A DNA stretch of 64,000 nucleotides from Octopus vulgaris (GCA_951406725.2 OX597835.1:20088001-20152000), one strand, 5' to 3'; positions 1-14,092 are shown, counted from the first letter of the stretch. Program-made: numbers and translations. The notes: generated by a model not told the origin, from the sequence alone.

Positions 1-248
1 GTGTAACTTTCATTTGCGAAATGTTATTAAGGTTAACTACATTTACGTCTTTCTTATCAGTTGTCCAGTTTAAGGTAATTTCTGGGCAATGAATCCTTAA
101 TAATTGGAAAATATTTATTTGCTACCACAAAGCGATACATTTTTATCAAGCTTATAGAAGAACAATATACACACCCACATAAACGCACACATGCACGTAT
201 ACGCGCGGACGCACACACATCCACATCTATCTATCCATCTATCTATCC

Positions 249-350
<102 letters not shown>

Positions 351-354
351 TATG

Positions 355-550
355 AATAAAGGAAAGAATGGAGTTGAACGACAAATTAACAAATGTCCTT
401 TATTTTCGACATATGTTTCGAAGGCTGCATGTTACTAATTGTGAAGGAATAAGGAGTACATTATGCCGCTATTTCTGATGTGAATTTGCTACCCAGGTAT
501 CGGTTAAACGAATTAACCATGAAAAAATATTTCATTTTTATACTCAAATA
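355..550 (-). mobile_element. Short interspersed element family F (probable Penelope-like terminal fragment), between (TA)n tracts
   Basis: Reverse complement matches 35931-36081 (aaccgatacctgggtagcaaattcacatcaga ... gccttcgaaacatatgtcgaaaataaagg). Carries GAAACATATGTC, the 3' half of a hammerhead. Confidence 0.55.
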
Positions 551-565
551 TATATATATATATAT

Positions 566-783
566 AAAGTTAATCCAAACAAGAAAGCACAAGAAAACAC
601 AACAACGCGAGGACGTGGAACAAATAAAGTATTATTGGACGCTCAGGAAAGAAGGAAGGGAGGAGGGTTTAACGTTTCGAGCGGAGCTCTTCGTCGGAAA
701 CATAGGAGAAGTAAAGATCCAGAGAAGGGAAGACAGATGAAAAAAAATCGCCAACGGTACACACGAGCTCACATTTTGAAAGC
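566..783 (-). mobile_element. Short element family D with hammerhead-like fold
   Basis: Near-identical inverted copy at 21060-21266 and a fragment at 56033-56108; flanked by (TA)n. Confidence 0.7.
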
Positions 784-797
784 ATATATATATGAAA

Positions 798-871
<74 letters not shown>

Positions 872-943
872 ATATGTAATTTTGTATGTATGTGGGTGTA
901 TATATATATATGTGTATATATGTATGTATGTATGTATGTATGT

Positions 944-1220
944 GGAGGCGCAATAGCCCAGTAGTTAGGGCAGCGGACTCGCGGTCGTAGGATCGCGGTT
1001 TCGATTCCCAGACCGGGCGTTGTGAGTGTTTATTGAGCGAAAACACCTAAAGCTCCACGAGGCTCACTCTGTGTCACGCTGAATATCCCCGAGAACTACC
1101 TTAAGGGTACACGTGTCTGGGGAGTGCTCAACCACTTACACGTTAATTTCACGAGCAGGCTGTTCCGTTGATCGGTACAACCGGAACCCCCGTCGTCGTA
1201 ACCGACGGAGTGCTTCCACA
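944..1220 (+). mobile_element. tRNA-derived SINE family B, tail type 1
   Basis: Head ggaggcgcaatagcccagtagttagggcagcggactcgcggtc with B box ggtttcgattccc. Ends in stem-loop ccgtcg-tcgtaac-cgacgg, then (TATG)n. Confidence 0.85.
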
Positions 1221-1266
1221 TGTATGTATGTATGTATGTATGTATGTATGTATGTATGTATGTATG

Positions 1267-1300
<34 letters not shown>

Positions 1301-1831
1301 CGTATGTATGTATGTATGCATTATGAGAGGTCTCTTTCAGTTTCGTCTACCATTATGTTTGTTCGGCATTGTATTAGGTTAGCAAGATAATATACATGAA
1401 AACCTTGTTTTGGATCTAATGTCACAGGTATAGAGATGTGTCATAATTTTTTGAATGTTTATAATCAGACACAGTTAGTTGTGTAGAGTATTCAGTATTC
1501 TAAGATGTGAACTAAATACTGGTGTCTATGATTTTTGATAACCATATCTCTTCCCGCATTTAACAATGCTTGTGTTTTCACAGTGAGAGAAGATCTTCTA
1601 GAAGAATCCCAGTGTTATTTCGAAATGTTTAAATAATGATCGAGTTGGTAATTTCATTTTCTTTCCAGATTTATCAAAACGACTTTTCCTGTCTTGGAAG
1701 CCAAAGAATTTATCACTGTTGTGATACCGAACTGGGTATGAGAGAAGAATTAATAATGGCATGCTTATGGTGGAATTTGTGCAAATGCATAACATGCATT
1801 ATTACATTTCTTGGAACTACGTCTAGATATG

Positions 1832-1904
<73 letters not shown>

Positions 1905-2044
1905 TTGTATGTGTGTGTATATATAATTATATATATATATATATATAATTATATATATATATATATACATAGAGAGAAACAGAGGGAGATACACATAAAT
2001 ATGTATATATAAATGCATATATATATATATGTATATATATATAA

Positions 2045-2082
<38 letters not shown>

Positions 2083-2095
2083 GCGTGCACGCACG

Positions 2096-2167
<72 letters not shown>

Positions 2168-2813
2168 TACATTCGTACATATGCATATGTAGAAAACATT
2201 GAAGGTGTTATTATAGTTTGTACATCCTTAGGTACATGCTAAACTGTGTCCATAATATCGGAAATATTTCGATCTTTTTATGTTAGTTACAATTTATTAC
2301 ATTACCGCGCCTTGAGACCCACATGATCAGAACAGTTAAATAGACTCAGCACAAATACATTACTAATGTTATCTATTATTATAGACCTCTAAACTCCCGG
2401 CAGACCGGATTTCTACATTCATTTCTTCCGAGTGCTGGTAATTTGAGGAATTTCGTTGTAAGCAAAGATAGTTTGTTTATTAATGTCAGAATATAAAGAC
2501 AATATCGAAAGTGAAAGACAGTGAAAATGTGACTAATATTATTATATATACATTTCTCGTTTCAACCACTAAACTGAAATCAATCTGCAATGGTTCCGTT
2601 CTCTATATACAGATGAGCCAATAAAGATACATGTATGCCATTGCTTCTGCTATTAGTAATAATATCATTTTAATCCCGTAAAGCACACTGTGACGACATA
2701 AATAAAGAATGTTTGGACAAGCGCGATTGTGTGGTAAGAGGTTTTCGTCACAAACCACATGGTTTCCGGTTCAGTCTTAATGAATGGCACCTTTGGCCAA
2801 GAGTCTCCAACTA

Positions 2814-2851
<38 letters not shown>

Positions 2852-2933
2852 TGTATATGTGAGTATATGTAATTATATATATTACATATATATATATATA
2901 TATATATATAAATATATATATATATACATATAC

Positions 2934-2990
<57 letters not shown>

Positions 2991-2994
<4 letters not shown>

Positions 2995-3092
2995 CTGCTC
3001 GCTTAGCCAGCGGGGTGGCATCATTCGAAGGCTAAAACAATGCGAACGCATTGTGACCAGCGATGTGTAACTACATCTGATGGTCTGGTCGG
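2991..3092 (+). mobile_element. Solo copy of SINE-B tail type 4 module
   Basis: tggcctgctcgcttagccagcggggtggc...ctgatggtctggtcgg matches 25015-25116; begins directly after (TA)n and has no head. Confidence 0.8.
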
Positions 3093-3138
3093 AAAAGAAA
3101 AAAAGATATATATATATATATATATGTGTGTGTGTAGA

Positions 3139-3437
3139 GGAGGCGCAGTGGCTCAGTGTTTAGGGCAGTGGACTCGCGGTCGGAGGATCGCGTTTCGATT
3201 GCCAGACCGGGCGTTGTGTGTGTGTTTATTGAGCGAAAATACCTAAAGCTCGACGATGCTCAGGCAGGGATTCGACCCCCGTTGTACTCTTTCACCCCAA
3301 CTTTCTCTCACTCTTTCTTCCTGTTTCTTGAGTAACGCTGCGATGGACTGGCGTCCCGTTTAGATGCTGGGAACACATACGCCACAAAAACGGAAAACCG
3401 GACCCATGAGTCTGGCTTGGCTTGAAAAGGGCGAAAA
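3139..3437 (+). mobile_element. tRNA-derived SINE family B, tail type 2
   Basis: Same head and body as 944. After ctttcttcctgtttcttg it continues into gctgcgatggactggcgtcccg...gaaaagggcg. Confidence 0.8.
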
Positions 3438-3828
3438 AGAGAAAAAGAATATATATATGCATGTATGTATATGAAAATAATTGGGGTAGAAAATTTAGAG
3501 AAATATTCTACCCAGCATGCGTAATAAGTCAATAGGCAACATATTTTTCATATAAATTAATGTATGTTTTTATGCCCAATAGAGGTGTTCTTTTAAGGCC
3601 ACCTCTTTTGTGTGTAAAAATGTACACTAATTTATATGAGAAATATATATATATAAATATATATGTATATATGTGTATGGGGGTGAATCATTCTCCCTAT
3701 ATTTCTTCTCCCCATCGCTTGACGACCAGTATTGAGGTGTTTACGTCCCTGTAACTTAGCAGCTCAGAATTAGACACCGGTAAAATAAGTACCAGTTTTA
3801 ATACAAAAAAATAAGTTACCCGATTTTA

Positions 3829-4521
3829 TTTTTCATTTCCTTTGAAAATTACACTTATTAGTGGTTTGTAGTTTAACTACTCTTTCTAGTGAGTCAGATG
3901 TCCTGTTAAGGCCATCTCTTATGAGTTTAAATGTACTTTGTATTTTTATATGAATAATATAGAGTCCATTGGCTAATTTTTTCTTCTCACTAGACCACTG
4001 GTAGCAAAGAAATTTTTCTAAATTTGTTTGCTACCCTAAGATTTATTAATTAATGATAAAAGGTTTTTTGGCTAGTTTTGGAAAAAAATAGGCACTTGTT
4101 GTATTCGCTACCGAAAAGACCGTGCGTGCGCGATGGATTTTTAAAAATTATAACATATAAACACGGGGCATGTTCTTTATCGCCTCGTCTTTATATGTTA
4201 ATCTTAGCTTGCTGCTGACGAGAGCTTCGCCAATTGTAAATTCTTTTATTTACAAAAGATTGCTTGAAACTATGCATATTCCAGGAAAAATAAGGTAAAT
4301 GTTCTTGCTTTTCATTCCCTTTCAAAATTACAACTATTAGTGGTTTGTAGTTTAACTACTCTTTCTAGAGAGTCAAATGCCCTGTTAAGGCCATCTCTTA
4401 TGTGTTTAAATGTACACTGTATTTTTATATGAATAATATAGAGCCCATTGACTAATTTTTTCTTCTCGACGATAGACCACTGGTAGCAAAGCATTTTTCT
4501 AAATTTCTTTGCTACCCTAAG

Positions 4522-4526
<5 letters not shown>
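3829..4526 (+). mobile_element. ~480-bp unit present as ~1.45 tandem copies with an internal hammerhead (retrozyme-like or Penelope pLTR-like)
   Basis: Direct repeats 3829-4045 and 4309-4526, offset ~480; hammerhead fold at 4212-4284; 3' end runs into (TA)n. Confidence 0.65.
4212..4284 (+). ncRNA. Type I hammerhead ribozyme fold (one stem III mismatch)
   Basis: ctg-CTGACGA-gagc[...ttgtaaat tctttt atttacaa...]gctt-GAAA-ctatgcatatt-C-cag. Stem I ctg/cag, stem II gagc/gctt, palindromic stem III tatgcata. Confidence 0.6.
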
Positions 4527-4930
<404 letters not shown>

Positions 4931-6711
4931 TATGGGTGCATACTAAACCACTTGGTATACCCTCCTAATGTTGAAGGGATAGTAGATACTTGGTACATTC
5001 GTTGGAATGTCGTATAAATGCTGTGCCGTAATTGTTTGCACCCTTCGTCGCATAACGTCAAACTCACTGCGGCCAACTTTGATTTGTATCTTTCTGGTGT
5101 CAATAAAATTCACAAAATGAAGTAGTCACAAGTTACACAAAACTATTTTCTCTCCCCTTCTCTCCCTCGCTATTGCTCTCATTGTTTTTTTCTCTCACCC
5201 TCTCTTTTGCGCAGAATCGACTGAATGCTCTTAAATTCAAACGATTTTAATAGCAGGGTCACACTTCGCGGACTAATTCCCGAAAAAAAGCCATCTCTTA
5301 TAAAATAATAGTAAAAAGAATTAATAAATATTTTCATTTTCTACTCCAGAGTAAACTTGGCTTTTGAAGGACTGATTTGTGATGCAGTTCCGGTCTGCAT
5401 AAGGAAGATAAGGTAATTCATTGCACAATACGTATAAAGAAGGCAAGTTTATTTCTTAAGCTTCATTCTATTGATCATGGATCCCTTCGCTTAGCTGTCA
5501 CCTGGAGCGAAACGACAACAGATACTGTAATATTTTCAAAGTACACACTTTATCGCGCTGCTTTGTAAAAATTCACCAGCACAATACAATATCTTGATAA
5601 CTCACGCACTATTTTCCTCTTCTCATTCTATTAAAACGTGTTCTCTTTATAAATTTACTCTATCCTGCGATGTTCAACCAATACACCTGTCTTTGAAAAA
5701 TATTGGTCTTCGTTTTTATTTTTTTATTTTTTACTAAAACTCTAATATGAAACAGTTCAATATTTCTGTACAGGTTTTAAACAATGATATGGAAGTTCAA
5801 CTATGCAAATGTAATTTAAACCATATCGACTTGAAGCGAGCAATCTTCGATAGTTTGCGAATGCCAAGATCACCAGTCATTCATAATCCCCTCTTTCACC
5901 AAATAATTAATGTCGAAAAATCTTAAATACTTTGGTACACTTGCGCTATGTTTTCTTAAGATTCTCAACTATTTGCTCTAGAGAGATTTTTAGTTCCCTC
6001 GAATTCTGTTGTAATTGTTCGTAAAGAAATGTAAAAGGAAGTTGTAAGTGAAATGTTTATCGGATTCCCTAAGCTGTTAATGAATTGTAGGGACACTGCA
6101 TTTCGTTATGAAACCATTATCTACTACAAATGATATTAAAAGCTTTTATAAATCAATGCTGTTTTCTACTGTGTTAGCAGCGCTATTAACACTTGTAAAT
6201 ATAACCTTAACAAATCACAAAACTGTATGTTTGGTTACATACATACCAAGCTAACTTACATATTATACAATCTATTATACCTATGCTTGGTTTACTAAAA
6301 AAGTATTCATTTCCAACTGCTTTTCTGAACCTCCAAAACAAAAACACAAAAAACAAAAAGGAAAGAATATTGCTTGGACAAACTCACATGATTCTAAACA
6401 TCTGTGAAATCATGTGAAAATCTTTTGAGAAAGTATGTTTTTTTTATTAATGTACTTAATTTAAATTATTCAGAATTTTGTTTACTTTTAACTCATTAAT
6501 GATATTTGGTTATGTCTTGTTTAGGATTTCCTTAAGCACATAAGGATGTAAATAAAGAAATAATATCAACGAAAAAAAGCGTTGGAAAATATATAAATTA
6601 TAAATGTTTAAAGAATAATTATTATTATGCACGACAAAATCTCCCGTCACCAAAATAAGAATAACGCTACAACTAAATTAAAATGGATATACAACCAACA
6701 TATGTATATCT

Positions 6712-6752
6712 ATGAACAAATGAAAATATATATGCATATATATATTTGCATG

Positions 6753-6812
<60 letters not shown>

Positions 6813-6893
6813 TCATCTGTGTGCACTAATATATACACAAGCATATATATATATGAACAAATGAAAATATATATGCATATATATATTTGTATG

Positions 6894-6952
<59 letters not shown>

Positions 6953-6986
6953 TAATCATCTGTGTGCACTAATATATACACAAGCA
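6712..6986 (+). repeat. Tandem duplication, 2 x ~140 bp
   Basis: tatgaacaaatgaaaatatatatgcat...(TA)n...ttaatcatctgtgtgcactaatatatacacaagcat occurs twice in tandem. Confidence 0.9.
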
Positions 6987-8786
6987 TACACAAAGGTAGT
7001 GAAAAATACAAGCGGTAAATATAGCTAACATGTTTAGGAATAATAGATTCTTTAGTTTCGATTTAGTCGACAAATATTTGAATACTTAATTTTATTTGAA
7101 CGTATAGTCCAACGTCCAGAATTGAAATGATCTTAATTACAAGGAGACAAACCTACTGTGAAATCAGGTGTAGAAAGAAAGAAAAAATGTCCTTTTAATC
7201 AAAACAATTTAATGAATATTTATTTACATCATGAATATTCATCACGTAAATTTGCAGCATTTTTATATGTTGTTTTAATAAAGAAATTGTTGCTTTTATT
7301 TGTGTCTTTTGTTAGCATTTTTTAAAAAAAATTCTCTTTTTATCTTACAACACCTTGTTCTGCCAACGGAGCACCGTCGATTTTAATTCTAATACATTTA
7401 AGTATTATATTTTCTTCTTCTCCGTGTTTCTTTTATTTTTTGTGTATCGTGCCTCCTCCCCAATGTGTTGTGTTTAAATAATAATAGAAATGTCTTACGG
7501 GGGAAACAAATCACGAGATTATAATCAAACATAAAAGGCAAGAGAGAAACAGGTACTTGGAGGAAAAAGAGAGAAACAGCGAAATTTTAGTAGAGGTAAA
7601 ACGGGCTGAATAAAGGAATGACAAAACCTCTTATAATATACAAGTTAGAGTTCGGTTTTCGTTGAAGCTAAATTGAATATTGGATAATTCACACATATAA
7701 ATGCAATATTATGTAACTCATACAAGACCACTAATGTCAATGGGCAAAGAATGTTGGGATAAAACGCCGAGACATTCATGTTTTAAGTATTATTCAGTGA
7801 CACAAGTAGTGTAATTGAATTATACATGAAATCGAAACTAGATCTCTTGGTAGGTATTATCCAGAGAATATATATCATGTTCCATCGTAAACTTCACACA
7901 TACACTAACACAGAATTATTTTATTGATGGCATTAATTGGAATTAATGTTGCTATCGCTTATACATATATATATATGTGTGTCTGTCTGCACCTGTGTCA
8001 GCCCCGTCCCATAATCCCTACAAACAAAGGCGCTCGATCATGGCCATTTCGTATTATGTATATGTTCTACTAGAGTGGCCATTATTTCCTTATTTTCATG
8101 GGAAATAGATTGCATTTTACAGGAATTTATTCTGATAGTTCTAACATATCTACCATCCAAGTAGATTCTCATGTATTGGTTGGAAAAGCTAATGATATAA
8201 TATTACTTTCTATTGCATTGTACAACTGACTGTATTATGTAGAGAGAAGAAATAAATTATAAACGTATCTCCCTCTGCCATCTCCTAATTCCAGTGGATT
8301 TAATACGATAAACTTAGATGAAGATTTTCTAAAAAAATAAATCACATTTGAAAATTATTTAAGCAACACCTCTAAAGAAAATATAATGATTAATATAATC
8401 ATAAAAATCCATGGTAAAATATTTTATACATAATCAAGCTTTTCTTCTGAACCATATGGTAACTTCTTCAGTCCCACTGCATAGTACAAGAGACAAGAGA
8501 TTCCTGAAATGTATTTAGTATGTTGACGTCAAAGTGGCGCAGCGTACCGCTATTGTATTTTTGTCTGAGAATGGTGATCATCTATCTTGTTTAGATCCGT
8601 TCAGATTTAGTTGGCTAAATGCATTTCAATCAGACTCAAACAAACTCTCGAATACCTTTTTACATTTGCTGAGGTCCCAAGAGACCCCACCGGCCCACGA
8701 AGGGTTAATCTATCTATATATTTATCTCTCTCTCCCTTCCCTCACTCTCTCTTTTTCTCTCTGTGTATAAAAAGTATATATATAGA

Positions 8787-9535
<749 letters not shown>

Positions 9536-9628
9536 AATAAAACGACTTTTTTCCTTCAGTTTTCGTCTACCAAATTAAGAATTTATTCGGCCCAAGTCTA
9601 TAGTGGAAGGCATTTACCTAAGTTGCTG

Positions 9629-10014
9629 CTGTTGCTGTTGCTGTTGAGCGAACGCTCTTCTCCCAGAGCTCGCAAGACGGGAGAAATCCGAAACGTGGTC
9701 CTTTGCTATTCGTAAGACCCGCAGAAGAGAAAGCAGGTCAACCCCCGAGACCGAGAGCATCGACGGATGAATGAATGCGCATCCAGGCTCAGCGGTTGTG
9801 TAGGAAGTCGGGGACAAGAAACAGGAAGGAAGAGTGCGAGAAAGTTAGGGCGAAAGAGTACAACATTGGTCACCACCCCACCCCCCTGCCGGAGCCTCGT
9901 GGAGCTTTAGGTGTTTTCGCTCAATAAACACACACAACGCCCGGTCTGGGAATCGAAACCGTAATCCTCCGACCGCGAGTCTGCTGCCCTAACCACTGGG
10001 CCATTGCGCCTCCA
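9629..10014 (-). mobile_element. tRNA-derived SINE family B, tail type 3, nested in an old family A copy
   Basis: Head on the minus strand at ~9940-10013; (CAACAG)n tail; TSD taagttgctg at 9619-9628 and 10016-10025. Confidence 0.85.
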
Positions 10015-10457
10015 TTAAGTTGCTGATCAGTAGGACCAAACTCAAGACCAAATGACTGCGGGGCAAAGCTTCTTAGCACAAAACCACATCTTTATAAATC
10101 GTGAGTTTACTCTTTTTACTCATTGATGTAATCCAACACAGCTCCGTGTATGACGTTTATGATGCGCCTCAAATCGAAAATCATGAGAAGCATAAATCTA
10201 ATATGATAAGATAGTGTTACGAAAATTTTATGAGGAGTAAACACCCAGCTGGAAACATTATATTTGCTTTACACAGAAATTATATGGAAGACAGCAACTC
10301 AAACTTTTCCTCCTAGATAACAGCAACAGCTTTTAGTTCTTACGTAAGACGCAAATCATTATACGCTTTTTTTTAATGTATATATTGCTTTCATTTCTAA
10401 CTAATTGATATGAAGGTTACGTAATAAATTAAGCTTTGATAAGAAAAAATTACCGTA

Positions 10458-10910
10458 GGCGTGGGAGTGGCTATATAGGCGTGGGAGTGGCTGTGTGGTA
10501 AGTAGCTTGCTAACCAACCACATGGTTTCGGGTTCAGTCCCACTGCGTGGCACCTTGGGTAAGAGTCTTCTGCTATAGCCCCGGGCCGACCAATGCCTTG
10601 TGAGTGGATTTGGTAGACGGAAACTGAAAGAAGTCCGTCGTATATATGTATATATATATATACATATATATATATGTGTGTGTGTGTGTGTTTGTGTGTT
10701 TGTGTTTGTCCCCCTAGCATTGCTTGACAACCGATGCTGGCGTGTTTATGTCACCGTCACTTAGCGGTTCGCCAAAAAGAGACCGATAGAATAAGTACTG
10801 GGCTTACAAAGAATAAGTCCCAGGGTCGATTTGCTCGACTAAAGGTGGTGCTCCAGCATGGCCGCAGTCAAATGACTGAAACAAGTAAAAGAGTAAAGAG
10901 TAAAAAGAGT
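10458..10910 (+). mobile_element. SINE family A (tRNA head + CORE-like domain), full length
   Basis: A box tggctgtgtgg, B box ggttcagtccc, CORE-like caccttgggtaagagtcttc, (GAGTAAAA)n tail; the first ~17 nt are duplicated. Confidence 0.9.
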
Positions 10911-11228
10911 AATAGCCAAAACATGACTTAAACTCATTGGAAAAGACAGGTGTTTTGTGCAACATGTGAGTTGTAGCGTGCATTTAGCATTCGCTTTGCT
11001 GAATAGAGGAACAGAAATAATTGGTTCCAAGGATTTGCCAAAAATATTGACAATAAATAAATACAGGGTAAAGAAATTCTCTGAGTGTTTCAGCATTCTG
11101 TTTGTACTCCCAAGAAATATGATAATATCTTCTATGAATAATTGAACTTCAAATAAGAAGCTTACTATTCATATTTTCTTTCACTAAAATGGAACAATTC
11201 GTCTATGCTTAAACCAAAGATAAACAGA

Positions 11229-11305
<77 letters not shown>

Positions 11306-11339
11306 TAATAACAATAATAATAATAATAGTAATAATAAT
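11229..11339. repeat. (AAT)n microsatellite, the tail of the adjacent SINE C
   Basis: Direct reading. Confidence 0.95.
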
Positions 11340-11340
11340 C

Positions 11341-11560
11341 CTTACTACTATAGGCACAAGACCTGAAATTTTTGGGGGAAGGGATCAGTCGATTAGATCG
11401 AGCCCAGAACGCAAATAGGACTTATTTTATCGACTCCGATTTGAAGAAACGCAAAGTTGACCTCGGTAGAATTTGAAAATAATAACTCAGACCGTGCAGA
11501 TAGACGAAAGATTGCTAAGCACTTCGCCCAGTGTGCTAACGATTCTGCCAGTTCGCCGCC
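11341..11560 (-). mobile_element. SINE family C (Meta-domain-like), tail type 2
   Basis: Reverse complement reads ggcggcgaactggcagaatcgttagcac...gaggtcaactttgcg...aaatttcaggtcttgtgcctatagtag. Confidence 0.75.
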
Positions 11561-11585
11561 ATAATGATAATGATACTGATGATGA

Positions 11586-11627
11586 GAAGAAGAAGAAGAA
11601 GAAGAAGATGAAGGAGAAGAGGAAGAA

Positions 11628-11659
<32 letters not shown>

Positions 11660-11678
11660 AGGGATAGATGAAGAAGAA

Positions 11679-11710
<32 letters not shown>

Positions 11711-11744
11711 AGGGAAAGATGAAGAAGAAGATGAAGAAGAAGAA

Positions 11745-11776
<32 letters not shown>

Positions 11777-11974
11777 AGGGAAAGATGAAGAAGAAGATGA
11801 AGAAGTAGATGAAGAAGAAGAAGAAGAAGAGGAAGAAGAAGGGAAAGATGAAGAAGAAGATGAAGAAGAAGAGATGAAGAAGAAGAAGAAGAAGAAGAAG
11901 AAGAAGAAGAAGAAGAAGAGGAAGATGAAGAAGAACAAGAAGAAGAAGAAGAAGAAGAAGAAGAAGAAGAAGAA

Positions 11975-12018
<44 letters not shown>

Positions 12019-12059
12019 GGAAGATGAAGAAGAACAAGAAGAAGAAGAAGAAGAAGAAG
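11586..12059. repeat. (GAA)n polypurine tract with higher-order units
   Basis: ~475 bp almost entirely purine; recurring gaggaagaagaagggaaagat unit. Confidence 0.95.
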
Positions 12060-12218
12060 TAGTAGTGATTCAAATTTTGGCACGGTGCCAGTTGTTTTGA
12101 GGCCGGAAACTAATGGATTACACCTGCCTCGACTAAATTTGAACTCAACGTAAATGTTGATCAAATGTCGCTAAGCAGTTTGTGCGGCAGTCTAACGAGT
12201 CCGTGAGATCGCCGTCTC

Positions 12219-12248
12219 AGTAGTAGTAGTAGTAGTAGTAGTAGTAGC

Positions 12249-12295
<47 letters not shown>

Positions 12296-12327
12296 CTGCA
12301 ACAGCACCAGCAGCAGCAGCAGCAGCA
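12219..12327. repeat. (TAG)n-(CAG)n compound microsatellite
   Basis: Direct reading. Confidence 0.9.
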
Positions 12328-12936
12328 ACTGTGGTAGTGACAAAATAGATATATATAGTGTGATAAATAGATAAGTAGAGAGCCATTGAATAAATAAGAG
12401 AGATTATGCATGAATACAAGCATATGTGGATATCTATTTAGATAAATATTTAGATTGATAAATAGGTAGTTGGATAGATAAGATACATAGATTAAACTTT
12501 TGTGAGTGTTTGTGTAAATGGTAAAATTGACTACATTTTAAGATTTTGTGACAGAAATTATAAATACTACAATATTTTGAATATTTTCTTACAATGTAAA
12601 GATAATGAAAAAAAAAAATTTTAACGAAACAAAAAGCTATCTTTTTTGTTATTTTTATTTAAAATTTCAATCATTAATTTATTTCATGCAACTTTCGTTT
12701 TTAATTCCTTAAGAGGATTAGTGAAACAATTTTACCCCCCGTGGGCCTTATAAAAATATTATTTTAATTCCCAATATTATTTAAATACTCTCTTTTAATA
12801 CCTCCTGGCAATATTGATATAAAATACATTTAAGTTATTCAGAAATACAACAGAACAAAATATTCGAAGAAACAAACGCATTAAACCACAAATACACGCG
12901 CGCATAAACACACACATACACACACGTACACACACA

Positions 12937-13222
12937 CACTGCCATACACACACGCACACACACACACATACAAACACACTGCCATACACACACGCGCACA
13001 CACACACACATACAAATGCACTGCCATACACACACGTACACACACACACATACAAACACACTGACATACACACACGCGCACACACACACACACATACAAA
13101 TACACTGCCATACACACACGTACACACACACACACACATACAAACACACTGCCATACACACACGCGCACACACACACACACATACAAATACACTGCCATA
13201 CACACACGCACAAACACACACA
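12937..13222 (+). repeat. ~42-bp minisatellite built on (CA)n, ~7 units
   Basis: Repeated cactgccatacacacacg(c/t)acacacacacatacaaa. Confidence 0.9.
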
Positions 13223-13911
13223 CATATATATATATATATATTTATATATGTATGTATGTTTGTATACATAGTTATACACACACACACACACTCACACACA
13301 TGCGAGCGGTAGAGATGTAAAAATGCCAGAAAAAAAGAAGAAACAGACGGTTAACGCAAAAGATAGACGAAAATGAAAGCAAGAAATCTGATAGAATTTT
13401 GAAGAAATAAAAATAACGATGATGATGATGGTGATGATGATAGGAAACCGCAAACAGAATTGCGAAAAATATGTAAACTTATTACAGAAATTTATGCAAA
13501 ACCTCCATTGCTTTATATTTTGAGCGAGTTTACCATCGCATATCACATAATTATTTTTATATTTCGTATTGTTGCTTTCATCTTTCTTGGTCAGAGGTCA
13601 GAGTAGATCCCCTGCGTATATTATATACTGTTTTCATCCATATTAAAGCCTTGAAATTTTGTAACCGTGAACCAACCATAATGGGTTATGTCTCTTTTCT
13701 TCCAAGATTTTAGCGTACAATTTGCAGAAATAATGGTTGAGTCTTTTAGAATGTCCGCTGATACGTCTTTTGAAATCTAATACATCATATCCTATGTTGC
13801 GTGAACTGAGGTAATGCCTATCTCTTCCTTCCAATTTTTAGTTTTAAGTACTAATTTCCCTACACTTGCCTAAGGTGACAGGCAGTGGGACTGAATCCTT
13901 TCTTTCCTTTT

Positions 13912-14092
13912 TTTCTCTCCTTTTTTCTCTCCTTGTTTCTCTCCTTGTTTTCTGTGTCCCTTTCTGTAGAAGAGCGTAGGCTCAAAACGTAAAAGACTTT
14001 TTTCTATTCCTAAGCGTTATACTAATAGATCTGTTTGTTTTGTACACCACCTGTCTTCGTCTTTTGTTGTTTTTTTTTCGTAAACTCTCCCT
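13912..14092 (+). mobile_element. Short element family G with hammerhead-like motif
   Basis: ttctgtagaagagcgtaggctcaaaacgt...agcgtta; ends aaactctccctata; similar to copies at 25410, 31633, 41815 and 61248. Confidence 0.7.

Noticed and set aside
9690-9750. HDV-like ribozyme in SINE B tail type 3
   Set aside because: Only a simple hairpin gacctgc/gcgggtc; I could not build P3/P1.1.
12937-13222. CRISPR-like array
   Set aside because: Eukaryotic context, no unique spacers; it is a minisatellite.
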